A stretch of 64,000 nucleotides of DNA from positions 32,001 to 96,000 of the forward strand of contig CAWBHS010000007.1 of the NCBI GenBank assembly GCA_963788655.1, read 5' to 3'. A model generated the notes under the pieces. The model had not been told where the DNA came from, searched no databases, and was given only the letters and a program-made list of their open reading frames with translations. The translations under genes were made by a program, and so were the position numbers. Below are positions 19,183-29,313 of the stretch, one piece after another (position 1 is the first letter of the stretch; every line of letters begins with the position of its first letter). The stretch is from an uncultured Verrucomicrobiae bacterium. GTDB lineage: Bacteria > Verrucomicrobiota > Verrucomicrobiia > Limisphaerales > JAFGQR01.

Positions 19183-22100
19183 CTACAGCGTTTTCAAGTA
19201 GGCGTAGAGATCGGCCAGCCCCTGGGAAGTGAGCCCTCGCAACAAACCGGAGGGCATGATCGATTGGGTCGTCTTCAGCGCGGAAATAATGTTGTCGGGG
19301 GCAAGCCGCACGGTGCTGGTGGCGGTGGTTTGCACCAACACGCTTTCGGCAGTGTCGGAAACTACCAGTCCAGTGATCGTGCGTTTGTCCGTGGTCCGAA
19401 AGGTGGTGTTGCGATACGGCTCGGTGACATTGCGATTGGGAAACACGATGGCCTCGAACAATTCGGTGGACGAGCGACGCGCGGTGATGCCGCTGAGGGA
19501 TGGTCCCAAAGAGGCACCGGTCGAGTGACACAATTGACAACTCCGCTCGCTAAAAATCATTCGCCCCCGATTGGGATTGCCCAGATGCCAGGGAACGGCT
19601 TTGAGTTTCAGGCTCCACATCGCGGGATCGTCGCGGGTGTCGCCGTCGAGCAAACGGCGCAAGCGCGGATTGCGTTGCTCGCACCAGTCGAACACGGGGC
19701 GATAGGCTGCTTCCACCATGCCGGGCGGGCCGGCCACGTCGCGAACACGAAAGGTGTGTTTGGTTTCTTTCTCGATCAAGGACAACGTTTGCGCGCGCAG
19801 CACCTGTTGGTCCGGTTCCTGGAACAAGCGTCGCAAATACATTAACGCGGGCAACACGCCCCGCCCAGTGCCGGAGCCGGGCAGTTGCTGCAAGGCCGCA
19901 AGGCAGGTCCGCGCTACTTGCGGTTGCGATGAACTCAATCCCGCCAGGAATTTGTCGCGGTCAACGACGGCCGGTTGTTGCGCCAGTTTCACGACCAAGT
20001 CATCGCGCAGCACGGTATTGGTCCATTGCTGGCGAAACAGCGGCCGGACTTGCGCGGCCGGCAACGCTGCCAGCACGTCCACCAGCGGGCCGGACCAACG
20101 GAAGCGGGGATTCTGTTGCACGGCCTTGAGAAACAAGCGGGCGGCCGGCGTAAAATGTTCGGAGCCCAGGATGCTGACCAACGGCACGTGGGCCGGCGCC
20201 ACGAATAACGGATTCTGGAGTAGCGCGTTTGCCAACGGCGGATCGCGGCGCAGCAAATTCTGCACGACCTCCGCCAACCGGTCCTTCCACCGAAGCTGCG
20301 GGCGGTTTTCGCGGCCCCGTAATTTGTGGTCCAGCGCCAGAATGTCCTGGGCCAGGGCGGGGGTCGCGTCGGCCGGTAAATCTCCAGTCAGCCGCGACAA
20401 GACGGTCAGGTAATGGAAATCATCCGGCGCCGCGGTCTGGGCCGTGATCAAACGCAAAACCTTCGTCGAGGTTACTGGCGAATCATCCTGCACCATGGCC
20501 AGCAACCGCGCCGCTTCCCACGTCACCTCGGGATCGGGATCGGGGAAAACCACGCGCGCCGAATTGCGAATTCTTTGCACCAACGCCTGGTGCGCCTGCA
20601 AATCCACCGCCGGCTCGTACGCCGCATACGCTTCGAGCGTGGGATTCTCCAACCGGTAACCGCCCAAGCCAAGCGTCACGAGGCGGAGCGCTTCCAGGCG
20701 GGTTTGCTTGTCCTTGGAGTTGGCCAAAGCGGTGAGCGCGGCTTCGACCGCTTCGGTGTTAAGCGCATTGTCAGGACTGCGCCACAGAAAGGCCATGGTC
20801 GCCGTCAACCGCGCCAGCGGCGAGGCCTCGGCTTGCCGCGCCCATAATTCCCGCCAGGCTGGTTCCGGCAATAGACGGGCCAAGCGGGCGGCACCTTGGC
20901 GAACACGTTTTTCCGGACTTCCCAGATTGGCGTCGATGGCTCGTTGCAGAATGGCCAGATCCAGGCCGGCAGCATGGTCGCCCAAGGCGTCCAGCGCGAA
21001 CCGTCGGACTTGCGGATCAGCGTCGCCCGCCAGCCGCAGAAGCAGCGCCGCGCCATTGGGGACGGGAGCGCGACCGAGCGACCAGGCCACCCGGGCGCGC
21101 ACAAACGACACCGGAGAATTCGCCCCGGCCAGAGCCGCCGCCGGAGACAGCCCCCCGAACAGCTCGGTCAGAATCTCGATGCTTCGAACTCGTGCCGACG
21201 GCGTCTGCCGATTGTCCGCCACCGCCTGCGCGAACGGTTCAGGGCCCACCTTGCGGGCAACGGGCAACCACTCCGCCCGCGACCAGGCAGCCAACGGCTC
21301 CGGTGCGCTTAGGACCGGCTGGAGATCCAAAGTAACCAAATTCAACCAATTATTGGCCGCAACTTCTTGTTGGCCGGGCGGGTACTCGATCCGGTAAATG
21401 GACCCGCGCGTCCGGCTGCCCCCAGCCGCCACCAACAGCGCGCCGTCGGGGGCCACTGCCAGATCGATGGGGGCGAAACCGAACGAGCCGATGGATTCAA
21501 GAAACACGTCGGGATTCGCGCGGTACGTCGCACCATTCGGCAGCAGGGGTGAGAAGTAAACCCGCCCCGAACTCCAGTCGCAGGCAAACAGGCCGTTGCG
21601 GAAGGCCAAGGGAAACTGGTAATGCCGGTAACAGACCACCCCGGAAGGAATGGCATGGCCGACCGGTGCTAACAGACTGACTGTGTCCGGAGAATACGGC
21701 GGTCTCGGCCAGCTTTCGCGCTGCCCGCGCAGACGCCAACCATGGTGGCCGGCGTAACCGACGTGGTAGAGCCGCGCCGGCAGATACCACGGTAAAAACA
21801 GATCGCCTTGCGCGTCGCTGTCAAACGTAAACAGGTCGCCCAGCCAATTGAAGTCAAAGTCCTGCGGACTGCGGAATCCCTGGGCAATGCACTCCGAACC
21901 GCGGCCATCCGGCCGGAGCCGCAGCATGGCGCCGCCTTCAATGTTTTGGATTGGCGAAGCGGGTAGGGAAACCTGTTCCCGTCCGAAATTCGCCTCGTTG
22001 CCGGCCACCAGATACAACCAGCCATCGGGACCCTTGCGAATCGAACCGGCGCCATGCCCGGCGGTTTCGATGGGCATCAACACTTGCGGAGGACCATCCG

Positions 22101-22509
22101 CCTGGCCGTCGCCATCCAGGTCCGTGTAAACCCGCAGCGCACTATCGCCCACGCAAAAAAGGTTGGGGCCATCGAAACAAAGTCCCTGTGCGCCCGCCGT
22201 CATTGGCGCAAATTCCACGGCCGTTTCCGCCGCGCCGCTGCCATCGGTGTCGAGCAGCGTGCGAATGTATCCCGGACCGCTGACCACCACGCGTCCCTGG
22301 GAATCAATGGTCATGGCGCGGATGTCGTTGGCCAGATCAGCATCGGCCCACAACGTGAGCCGGAAGCCTCGAGCCACCCGCAGGCCCAGCGGTTCGACCG
22401 GCACCAGATCGGCGGCCGACAGGGAACCGGTCAGGCCGAGCCCCAAGCCGCAGGCCAGGGCGGCGAGGGACAACAGCGTCCGCCGGTTTAAATACCGTTG
22501 AGGTTGCAT
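19183..22509 (-). CDS. PVC-type heme-binding CxxCH protein (dehydrogenase-like propeller, HEAT repeats, cytochrome c)
   Basis: Twin-Arg-like signal NRRTLL, IDSQGRVVVS, GPDGWLY, GFRSPQDFDFN, HEAT-like repeats, GRMIF..SCQLCH, GPSLSG, SIMPSGL, LADLYAYLKTL. Confidence 0.88.
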   Translation of the reverse strand: MQPQRYLNRRTLLSLAALACGLGLGLTGSLSAADLVPVEPLGLRVARGFRLTLWADADLANDIRAMTIDSQGRVVVSGPGYIRTLLDTDGSGAAETAVEFAPMTAGAQGLCFDGPNLFCVGDSALRVYTDLDGDGQADGPPQVLMPIETAGHGAGSIRKGPDGWLYLVAGNEANFGREQVSLPASPIQNIEGGAMLRLRPDGRGSECIAQGFRSPQDFDFNWLGDLFTFDSDAQGDLFLPWYLPARLYHVGYAGHHGWRLRGQRESWPRPPYSPDTVSLLAPVGHAIPSGVVCYRHYQFPLAFRNGLFACDWSSGRVYFSPLLPNGATYRANPDVFLESIGSFGFAPIDLAVAPDGALLVAAGGSRTRGSIYRIEYPPGQQEVAANNWLNLVTLDLQPVLSAPEPLAAWSRAEWLPVARKVGPEPFAQAVADNRQTPSARVRSIEILTELFGGLSPAAALAGANSPVSFVRARVAWSLGRAPVPNGAALLLRLAGDADPQVRRFALDALGDHAAGLDLAILQRAIDANLGSPEKRVRQGAARLARLLPEPAWRELWARQAEASPLARLTATMAFLWRSPDNALNTEAVEAALTALANSKDKQTRLEALRLVTLGLGGYRLENPTLEAYAAYEPAVDLQAHQALVQRIRNSARVVFPDPDPEVTWEAARLLAMVQDDSPVTSTKVLRLITAQTAAPDDFHYLTVLSRLTGDLPADATPALAQDILALDHKLRGRENRPQLRWKDRLAEVVQNLLRRDPPLANALLQNPLFVAPAHVPLVSILGSEHFTPAARLFLKAVQQNPRFRWSGPLVDVLAALPAAQVRPLFRQQWTNTVLRDDLVVKLAQQPAVVDRDKFLAGLSSSQPQVARTCLAALQQLPGSGTGRGVLPALMYLRRLFQEPDQQVLRAQTLSLIEKETKHTFRVRDVAGPPGMVEAAYRPVFDWCEQRNPRLRRLLDGDTRDDPAMWSLKLKAVPWHLGNPNRGRMIFSERSCQLCHSTGASLGPSLSGITARRSSTELFEAIVFPNRNVTEPYRNTTFRTTDKRTITGLVVSDTAESVLVQTTATSTVRLAPDNIISALKTTQSIMPSGLLRGLTSQGLADLYAYLKTL

Positions 22510-22574
22510 GGTGTAATTAAGAAGGGAACGAGCGCGAAGTCGAGCGGGAATCGCCTGGCTGACCGTAGCGGCGG

Positions 22575-22679
22575 TTTTGGAGTGCGGTGGCAGAGCGCAG
22601 CGACGACACCGCTTTCGAATGATACTTGATTCCCGCGGCCAAAGCGGCGTGGCGCTTCACTTCCCGCTGCATTCCAAAA
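22575..22679. repeat. GGAGTGC-type REP-like inverted doublet
   Basis: TTTTGGAGTGCGGTGGCAGAGCGCAGCGACGACACCGCTTT ... AAAGCGGCGTGGCGCTTCACTTCCCGCTGCATTCCAAAA. Confidence 0.8.
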
Positions 22680-22729
22680 TTTGCAGACGAGCATTGACCC
22701 GCGCCAAGCGCCCGGATTGATTAGCTGGT

Positions 22730-23353
22730 ATGTCGCGCACGCAAGACCAGCCCGCCGGTACCCGACCGGCAATCATCTACCCGCCGCCGTCCTACGTGGA
22801 GCGGCTGGATTGGGCGAACGTGTTCCGTCGCGGCCAGCCGGTGGAAATCGAATTGGGCAGTGGTGACGGATCGTTCTTGATCCAATGGGCCGGACTGCAC
22901 CCGGAACGCAATTTCCTGGGCGTGGAACGGCTCAAGGGACGGTTGCGCAAGCTGGAGCGTAAAGGTGCGCGCGCCGGTTTGGAAAATCTGCGCGGCCTGC
23001 GGCTCGAGGCCGGCTATTTCGTCGAATATCTGGTGCCGGTGGCGAGCGTGGATGCCTTTCATGTCTATTTTCCGGATCCCTGGCCCAAACGGAAACATCA
23101 ACGGCATCGGCTGATGAACCCGCGGTTTGCCGAAGCGGTCAGCCTGGCGCTGCAACCGGGAGGTTCCATTTACCTGCGCACCGATGATCCCGGTTACTTT
23201 GACATCATGCGCGAGGTGTTCGGCAGCCAGGCACGGTTCGCGCCGGTGGAGACTCCGTCCGAATTGAGCGCCGTGCTGACCGACTTCGAACGGGAGTTTC
23301 AGGCGCGGGGCGTCAAAACGTTGCGGGCGGCTTATCGGTTGCAGGCAGGCTAA
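22730..23353 (+). CDS. trmB: tRNA (guanine-N7)-methyltransferase
   Basis: EIELGSGDG, NFLGVE, YFPDPWPKRKHQRHRL, LRTD, TDFE. Confidence 0.95.
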   Translation: MSRTQDQPAGTRPAIIYPPPSYVERLDWANVFRRGQPVEIELGSGDGSFLIQWAGLHPERNFLGVERLKGRLRKLERKGARAGLENLRGLRLEAGYFVEYLVPVASVDAFHVYFPDPWPKRKHQRHRLMNPRFAEAVSLALQPGGSIYLRTDDPGYFDIMREVFGSQARFAPVETPSELSAVLTDFEREFQARGVKTLRAAYRLQAG

Positions 23354-23790
23354 ACGTCAATAATCGGTCCGCCGTCGTCCTTGCGGGAGCGCCGCTGCCG
23401 GCGTGACGAGTGGCGATACTCGAGGCGCGCGGAGGGTTTGCCAACCAGCACATTGAGCATCAGCGAAACCAAGCTGATGACCAGTGCCCCCCAAAACGCC
23501 GCACTGAAGGAGGTGACATAGAATCCGGACACCAGCCAGCCGACGAAGTAAAGCAACCCGGCGTTGATGACGAGCGTGAACAATCCCAGCGTCACGAACA
23601 GCAGCGGGAGCGACAACAACATCAGCACCGGGCGGACGAAGGCATTCAGCAATCCCAGCAACAGCGAAGCCAGAATCAAATCCAGAGGCCGCTGATACTG
23701 GATGCCGCTGCTCACCACCTGCGAGGCAATCAACACACCGACCGTGTTGATGGCCCACCGCAGTACAAACGTTTTCAGCCTGGTTGGCAT
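23350..23790 (-). CDS. YvlD/DUF360 four-TM membrane protein (annotated as phage holin family 4)
   Basis: LGLLNAFVRPVL..LSLPL..VTLGLFTLVINA, F.AAFWGALVIS. Confidence 0.88.
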   Translation of the reverse strand: MPTRLKTFVLRWAINTVGVLIASQVVSSGIQYQRPLDLILASLLLGLLNAFVRPVLMLLSLPLLFVTLGLFTLVINAGLLYFVGWLVSGFYVTSFSAAFWGALVISLVSLMLNVLVGKPSARLEYRHSSRRQRRSRKDDGGPIIDV

Positions 23791-23926
23791 GGCAGAACAA
23801 TTTGCAACAGGCACCGGTGGATGACAAGGAACGAGTTCCCCACCGACTGTAACTGCCGGCCATGCCCCTGCGACATACCGCTAACGATTGGCTCTGCAAC
23901 CTCGAGCATTAACCGATAACCGTTCA

Positions 23927-24098
23927 GGTAGGGCGAGACTCCGTCGAGCCCTGATTTCTCCGCATCGTCGTCCACCTTAAAATGCCGTTACCGCGGGAAG
24001 TCTTCGAGCCTTCGAACGTCATGAATTGCCCCTTGTTCACGCTACGGTTTGCGAGTGTGCTGCGGGAAAGTCAGGGCTCGACGGAGTCTCGCCCTACC
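23927..24098. repeat. REPIN-like inverted GTAG-type REP doublet, copy 2
   Basis: Near-identical arms to 19000-19167 (GGTAGGGCGAGACTCCGTCGAGCCCTGA ... AGTCAGGGCTCGACGGAGTCTCGCCCTACC) with a diverged spacer. Confidence 0.92.
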
Positions 24099-24203
24099 TG
24101 GTGTTTGGTAGTGGTTCTGCCGCGTTGGGTTCATCCGTGGTTCAACTGAATCGCTGCGGCTTGGCTCTTGATGAACCGCGCCGACTCTGCGAGCATTTTT
24201 CCG

Positions 24204-26114
24204 ATGAACTCGGTGTCCAAAACGTTCTGCTTTCTCGGCCTGGCCTCCTGGCTACTCGCGACGCCCGCGGGGGCGCAGCGGCAAATGGAAAATCTCACGC
24301 GAGGGATGGTGGCGGTCAAACAGGCCGAAGGCGGCGTGTATGTGGGATGGCGGATGTTTGGCACCGATCCCACGAACATCGCGTTCAATCTCTACCGCAT
24401 CGCCAACGGCGGCGCACCGGTCAAAGTCAATGCTCAGCCCATCACTGACTCGACGAACTTCCAGGATCGCGCCGCGGACACGAGTCAAACGCTGGAATAT
24501 TTCGTTCGCCCAATCCTGAATGGCCAGGAACTCGCGTCCTCGAAATCCGTTCGCGCGTGGGCAAACAATTATCTCGAAATCCCCATTGAATCCCTGCCCG
24601 GTTATCGTCCCGGCGATGCCTCGATTGCCGACCTGGATGGCGACGGCGAGTATGAAATCGTTTTGCACCAGACCTCGCGCGGCCAGGACAATTCCTTTCC
24701 GGGTATCACGGGAACGCCGGTTTTGGACGCCTACAAACTGGATGGCACGCACTTGTGGCGCATCGATCTGGGCATCAACATTCGCGAAGGTGAGCACTAC
24801 ACCCAGTTCATGGTCTATGACCTGGACGGCGACGGCAAAGCCGAAGTCGCCTGCAAGACCGCCGACGGAACGAAGGACGGCACGGGCAAAATCATTGGCG
24901 ACCCGACGAAGGACTGGCGCAATCACGACCAACGCTCACGCCGGTATGGCCGCATTCTCGAGGGGCCGGAGTACTTCACGATCTTCGATGGACAAACCGG
25001 CGCCGCGTTAAAAACCGTGGACTACATCCCCAGCCGCGAACCGATCGATGGGTGGGGCGGTATTGGCGGCAACGGCGGCAATGACAGTTACGGCAATCGC
25101 TGTGACCGGTTTCTCGCGTGCGTGGCTTACCTGGACGGCGAACATCCGAGCGTGGTAATGTGCCGCGGTGTTTACGGGCGCATCGTGATGGTGGCCTGGG
25201 ACTGGCGGCACGGGAAATTGACCAAGCGCTGGGTGTTTGACTCCGGCGTCAGTTACCCGCCGTTTGCGGATGCTTCACCATACTCCGGCATGGGCGGCCA
25301 TTCGCTGTCGGTGGCGGACGTGGATGGCGACGGCAAGGACGAGATTGTTTATCAGGCGATGACCGTGGATGACAACGGTCAGGGGCTTTACTCGACCGGT
25401 CGGCGTCATGGTGACGCGATGCACATCGGCGATTTTGATCCAGACCGACCAGGGCTCGAATTGTTCTTGATCACCGAAAACGAGGACCGGACGGTGCGCT
25501 TCCAAACTCCCGGAGCAGGCATGCACGACGCCCGCACCGGCGCGGCGATTTGGAGCCATAGTCCGGGCATCGACGTGGGAGGCGGGCTGGTGGCGGATAT
25601 TGATCCGCGCCATCGGGGTTGCGAAGCCTGGGGCGGCCCCGGTGGATTGCGTGACGCGCAAGGAAAAGAAATCGGACCCAAACCGCGGAACACGCGTTGG
25701 GCGATTTGGTGGGACGGCGATCTGTTGCGCGAATTACTGGACGGGACCACGGTTACCAAATGGAATTGGGAAACCGCGAGCGAAGAAAAACTGTTCGCGA
25801 CCGGCCTCCGCGCGCGGGCGCGCAATCCCAATCTCGCCGGCGACTTCCTCGGCGACTGGCGCGAGGAATTGTTGCTCGCGGCACCCGATGGCCGGTCCCT
25901 GCGGCTTTATACGACGACCATTCCGACCAAGCACCGCCTGTACACGCTGATGCATGATCCGCAATACCGGTTGGCCATTGCCTGGCAGAACGTGGTCTAT
26001 AACAAGCCGCCGCATCCAAGCTTTTATCTCGGCGATGGAATGGCGGAACCGCCACGGCCGAATATTCGGTTGATCGGAAAAGGGGAGGCGATTCGCCGAG
26101 TCAATGACCAATGA
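24204..26114 (+). CDS. Rhamnogalacturonan lyase, PL11 (YesW/YesX family), secreted
   Basis: RQMENLTRG, ADLDGDGEYEIV, NIREGEHYTQFMVYDLDGDGKAEVACKTADGT, DSYGNRCDRFLA, TLMHDPQYRLAIAWQNVVYNKPPHPSFYLG. Confidence 0.93.
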   Translation: MNSVSKTFCFLGLASWLLATPAGAQRQMENLTRGMVAVKQAEGGVYVGWRMFGTDPTNIAFNLYRIANGGAPVKVNAQPITDSTNFQDRAADTSQTLEYFVRPILNGQELASSKSVRAWANNYLEIPIESLPGYRPGDASIADLDGDGEYEIVLHQTSRGQDNSFPGITGTPVLDAYKLDGTHLWRIDLGINIREGEHYTQFMVYDLDGDGKAEVACKTADGTKDGTGKIIGDPTKDWRNHDQRSRRYGRILEGPEYFTIFDGQTGAALKTVDYIPSREPIDGWGGIGGNGGNDSYGNRCDRFLACVAYLDGEHPSVVMCRGVYGRIVMVAWDWRHGKLTKRWVFDSGVSYPPFADASPYSGMGGHSLSVADVDGDGKDEIVYQAMTVDDNGQGLYSTGRRHGDAMHIGDFDPDRPGLELFLITENEDRTVRFQTPGAGMHDARTGAAIWSHSPGIDVGGGLVADIDPRHRGCEAWGGPGGLRDAQGKEIGPKPRNTRWAIWWDGDLLRELLDGTTVTKWNWETASEEKLFATGLRARARNPNLAGDFLGDWREELLLAAPDGRSLRLYTTTIPTKHRLYTLMHDPQYRLAIAWQNVVYNKPPHPSFYLGDGMAEPPRPNIRLIGKGEAIRRVNDQ

Positions 26115-26258
26115 CCAAAGCCCAATGACCAGAGAATTACCAAGGTCCAATGACCAGTTGACCAATGACCAGTTGACCAAGGGGAGGCGGCACGGATTTG
26201 CACTGGAGCTTGGGGATTGGGGCATTCTTTGGTCATTGGGCTTTGGTCATTGGTCATT
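26103..26258. repeat. Inverted heptamer array (AATGACC / GGTCATT)
   Basis: AATGACC AATGACC AAAGCCC AATGACC ... TTGGTCATTGGGCTTTGGTCATTGGTCATT; supplies the PL11 stop codon. Confidence 0.85.
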
Positions 26259-28134
26259 TTGCACTGGTTGGCGAGGCGCCAACCGCTGCACCCGAGGCGG
26301 GCGCGCTCCCCGCCCTGGTGCGTCGCTCAGGCTTCGCTTGTTCGTCTCGATGTTGTTCGGCGCCTTGACGGTCTCGGCGGGCACGATTGAAACGTTGGAC
26401 CACCAGGCCTACGAGGGCACGATCCGCTGGAATGAGGGAACAAAGCTCAGCATCCAAACCAGCAATGGCGCCACCCACCAGATTTCACTGGATCAATTGC
26501 GGTATGCGTCCTTGAAGCCGGCGCCGGAGGTCGCGGGACGATTGCCGCGCGGTTGGAGCGCCGAAGACATTGACCAGGTTCAGGGGAACTCCGGCGAGCA
26601 GAATGGCGTCTATACATTGCGGGTGCGCGGAGGGCAGGGCAAGGACGTCAAACGTCAAGCCGCGCATTATGCGTATCGCGTTCTGCGGGGCGATGGCGAA
26701 GTGGTGGCGCGCGTAACCAGCGTGCGTGGCAGCAACGGATGTTTGGCTGGCGTGATGATGCGCGAGAATCTCGAACCGCCCGGCGGCTTCGTATGGTTGG
26801 CGGTTGGGGCGGAAGGAACCTTGCACTTGGACGTCCGCGATTATGGCTGGCATGCGCTGCAACGGCGGGACTTGGGTGCCGTTAAATTGCCGGTATGGTT
26901 GAAGCTGGTGCGCCATGAAAAAGACAAGCGAGTCACGGCCTGGCGTTCGGCCAACGGCACCAACTGGCAGGAGGTGGGCCAGAGTCCGATGGGCTGCAAA
27001 TTGGAGCCGTTTCCCGATGACAGCGACCATTGGCGGCCCAAACTGTGCGCGGGGCTGGCGATCCGAGGAGCCAGCACCGAGAACTTGGCCAGCGCTCGCT
27101 TCGATCACGTGGCGCTGACCGCCTACGGACTGTTGGGTGAGTATTTTGCGGACGATCGCTTTCACCGGTTCGTGTTTTCCCGGCCGGACGAGAAAATCCA
27201 ATTCAATTGGGGTGACAATTCCCCGACAGCGGAAATCGAACCGGACCACTTTGCAGTACGCTGGACGGGGAAATTGGAGCCCAAGTTCACGGAAGCGTAT
27301 CGATTTCTTTTGGATGCCGACAATGATGCCTGGCTTTGGTTGGACGGTAAGGAAGTGAAGACCGCCAAGTTTAACCGGGAACGTGACGCAGAGTTGGTGC
27401 CGCTGGTCGCGGGCCAGCGGTACGAGCTCAAACTCGAATTCAAAGAAGGCGCGGGCGCGGCGTCCGTGCGGTTGGGCTGGAGCAGTCATCGGCAGTTCGC
27501 CGAAGTGATTCCTGCCAGCCAGCTCACCTACACCTACGGTCCCGACTCACCGAATGAAGAAGCGACCGAATCCGCTACGAACACGCTTTGCACCAAAGGC
27601 ATCTGGCTGCGTGGGGGAAGCCTGATTGCCGGTGCCATTCAATCCGCCGATAAGACCGCGCTGCACCTGGCCTTTGGCGGCCAACCGGATTTTTCCATTC
27701 TGAATTCGCAAGTCGCCCGGGTGATCTTCCACCGGCCGCGGCGGGCGTCGTGGCTGGAAAACGTGAACAGCCAGGCCGGGGTGCTGTTGAAGACCGGCGA
27801 TCTCCTCGAAGGCGAGTTTGTGAAAATGGATCGCGGCGCGTTGACCATCCAGTCGGTGTTGTTTGGCCAACGGAAATTCTCGCTCGACAACGGGGAATTG
27901 GTGGCGCTGCTGTTGCGCCCCATGGGGAAAGCCCCGGCAACTTTTAAACTGCGATTGGTTTCCGGCTCGGTGCTGCGGATCAACCGCCTGCGCGCGGAGG
28001 GCGATACCTTGCACGTGGAAGATACTTCCTTGGGCGAAGTCGCGATTTCGCAGCAGGTGATTGCGGAAATCGAACGGATCACGACGAGTGAACCGAGCGC
28101 ACTTATGGACGCACAAGCTCCAGGGAAGCAATGA
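26104..28134 (+). CDS. Secreted PA14-domain / beta-sandwich protein; start uncertain (first ~50 codons are repeat-derived, ATG at 26350 is an alternative)
   Basis: GDGEVVARV..AGVMMRE...LPVWLKLVR...SANGTNW module, then PA14 (GLLGEYF, IQFNWG..SP, FAVRWTG, LEFKEG.G.A.VRLGW). Confidence 0.75.
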   Translation: MTNDQSPMTRELPRSNDQLTNDQLTKGRRHGFALELGDWGILWSLGFGHWSFCTGWRGANRCTRGGRAPRPGASLRLRLFVSMLFGALTVSAGTIETLDHQAYEGTIRWNEGTKLSIQTSNGATHQISLDQLRYASLKPAPEVAGRLPRGWSAEDIDQVQGNSGEQNGVYTLRVRGGQGKDVKRQAAHYAYRVLRGDGEVVARVTSVRGSNGCLAGVMMRENLEPPGGFVWLAVGAEGTLHLDVRDYGWHALQRRDLGAVKLPVWLKLVRHEKDKRVTAWRSANGTNWQEVGQSPMGCKLEPFPDDSDHWRPKLCAGLAIRGASTENLASARFDHVALTAYGLLGEYFADDRFHRFVFSRPDEKIQFNWGDNSPTAEIEPDHFAVRWTGKLEPKFTEAYRFLLDADNDAWLWLDGKEVKTAKFNRERDAELVPLVAGQRYELKLEFKEGAGAASVRLGWSSHRQFAEVIPASQLTYTYGPDSPNEEATESATNTLCTKGIWLRGGSLIAGAIQSADKTALHLAFGGQPDFSILNSQVARVIFHRPRRASWLENVNSQAGVLLKTGDLLEGEFVKMDRGALTIQSVLFGQRKFSLDNGELVALLLRPMGKAPATFKLRLVSGSVLRINRLRAEGDTLHVEDTSLGEVAISQQVIAEIERITTSEPSALMDAQAPGKQ

Positions 28135-28946
28135 GGGTCGTCAAGGCAATGAACGGTTACACAGCACGGTTCGGCGGCGTTCGCCGATTAGTCGGGGCCG
28201 CGGGACAGGAACGGCTCCGGCAGGCGCATGTCTGCGTGGTGGGGATCGGCGGGGTGGGTTCCTGGGCGGCGGAGGCGCTGGTGCGATCAGGCATTGGACA
28301 ACTCACGTTGGTGGATTTCGATGAGGTGTGCATCAGCAATACCAATCGCCAGGTGGCCGCCTTAACGGGCAACTTCGGTCAGCCCAAAGTGGCGGTGATG
28401 GGGGAACGTCTCCGGGCCATCAATCCTGACGCGGCCGTGAACGCGGTGCAGGCTTTCTTCACGGCGGGCAATGCCGAGCAGCTTTTGGCCACCCCGTATG
28501 ATTTCCTCGTGGACGCCATTGATCGGATTAGCGCCAAATGCCTGCTCATTGCCCGGTGTCGCAACCAGGGGATTCCCGTGATCTGCGCGGGAGCGGCCGG
28601 CGGTCGGCGCGATCCGACGCAGGTGCGGGTGGATGATCTAACGAAGGTGTCGCACGATCGTCTGCTGCAGGCGGTGCGGCGGCGCTTGCGAGCCAAGCAT
28701 ACGTTTCCCCGTCTCCCGAAACCGCTCGGCGTGCCGTGCGTGTATTCACCCGAACCGGTCGTCTATGCGCGGAAGGACGGGACAGTCTGCGTTCAGCGGG
28801 AGAAAAGCGCCGATCTGCGCATCGATTGCAATACGGGTTACGGGACCGCCGCGTTTGTGACCGGCGCATTTGGGTTTGCGGCGGCGGCGTACGTGGTGGC
28901 GCGGCTGACGGAACCAAGCACCAATGAAAGCAACGAAAATAGCTGA
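28131..28946 (+). CDS. tcdA: tRNA threonylcarbamoyladenosine dehydratase (ThiF family)
   Basis: RFGG..RL.G, VGIGGVGSWAAEALVRSG, SNTNRQ, DAID, GAAGGRRDPT, VYSPE, C..GYGTA..VTGAFG. Confidence 0.9.
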   Translation: MRVVKAMNGYTARFGGVRRLVGAAGQERLRQAHVCVVGIGGVGSWAAEALVRSGIGQLTLVDFDEVCISNTNRQVAALTGNFGQPKVAVMGERLRAINPDAAVNAVQAFFTAGNAEQLLATPYDFLVDAIDRISAKCLLIARCRNQGIPVICAGAAGGRRDPTQVRVDDLTKVSHDRLLQAVRRRLRAKHTFPRLPKPLGVPCVYSPEPVVYARKDGTVCVQREKSADLRIDCNTGYGTAAFVTGAFGFAAAAYVVARLTEPSTNESNENS

Positions 28947-29090
28947 AGGGTTGAAGCGCCAGAAAATCGGCGCGCCCTGCGCACACTTTGGATTGTGTAC
29001 CAAGAGCACCGAACAGCGAGGTTAAAACCCAAGGTCCGCAAATATCGAATTCGTACGTCATGATTGCCGAAGGATGGCCTGAAAACATGA

Positions 29091-29165
29091 TGCACCGCAA
29101 AGACACGAAGAGCGCAAAGATGTTGCATGCAACAATCTTTGCGCTCTTCGTGCCTTCGCGGTGCA
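29091..29165. repeat. Long imperfect palindrome (REP-like), possible bidirectional terminator
   Basis: TGCACCGCAAAGACACGAAGAGCGCAAAGAT ... ATCTTTGCGCTCTTCGTGCCTTCGCGGTGCA between convergent tcdA and tatD. Confidence 0.8.
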
Positions 29166-29313
29166 ATGGGATCATCCGAATCCTCACCTTGGGAGTGGAT
29201 TCCCACGAACCAACATGAATGAAGGATAGACGCCGGCGTGCTGTTTGCGCGTATTTCGCGTTCTTCGCGATGAACTGAGCCAAGTCACCTTACAGCTTAA
29301 AGCAGGCTCAAAA

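Noticed and set aside
23350..23790. Prophage, suggested by the holin-family label
   Set aside because: The YvlD/DUF360 family is a common chromosomal membrane protein, and no phage genes are nearby.
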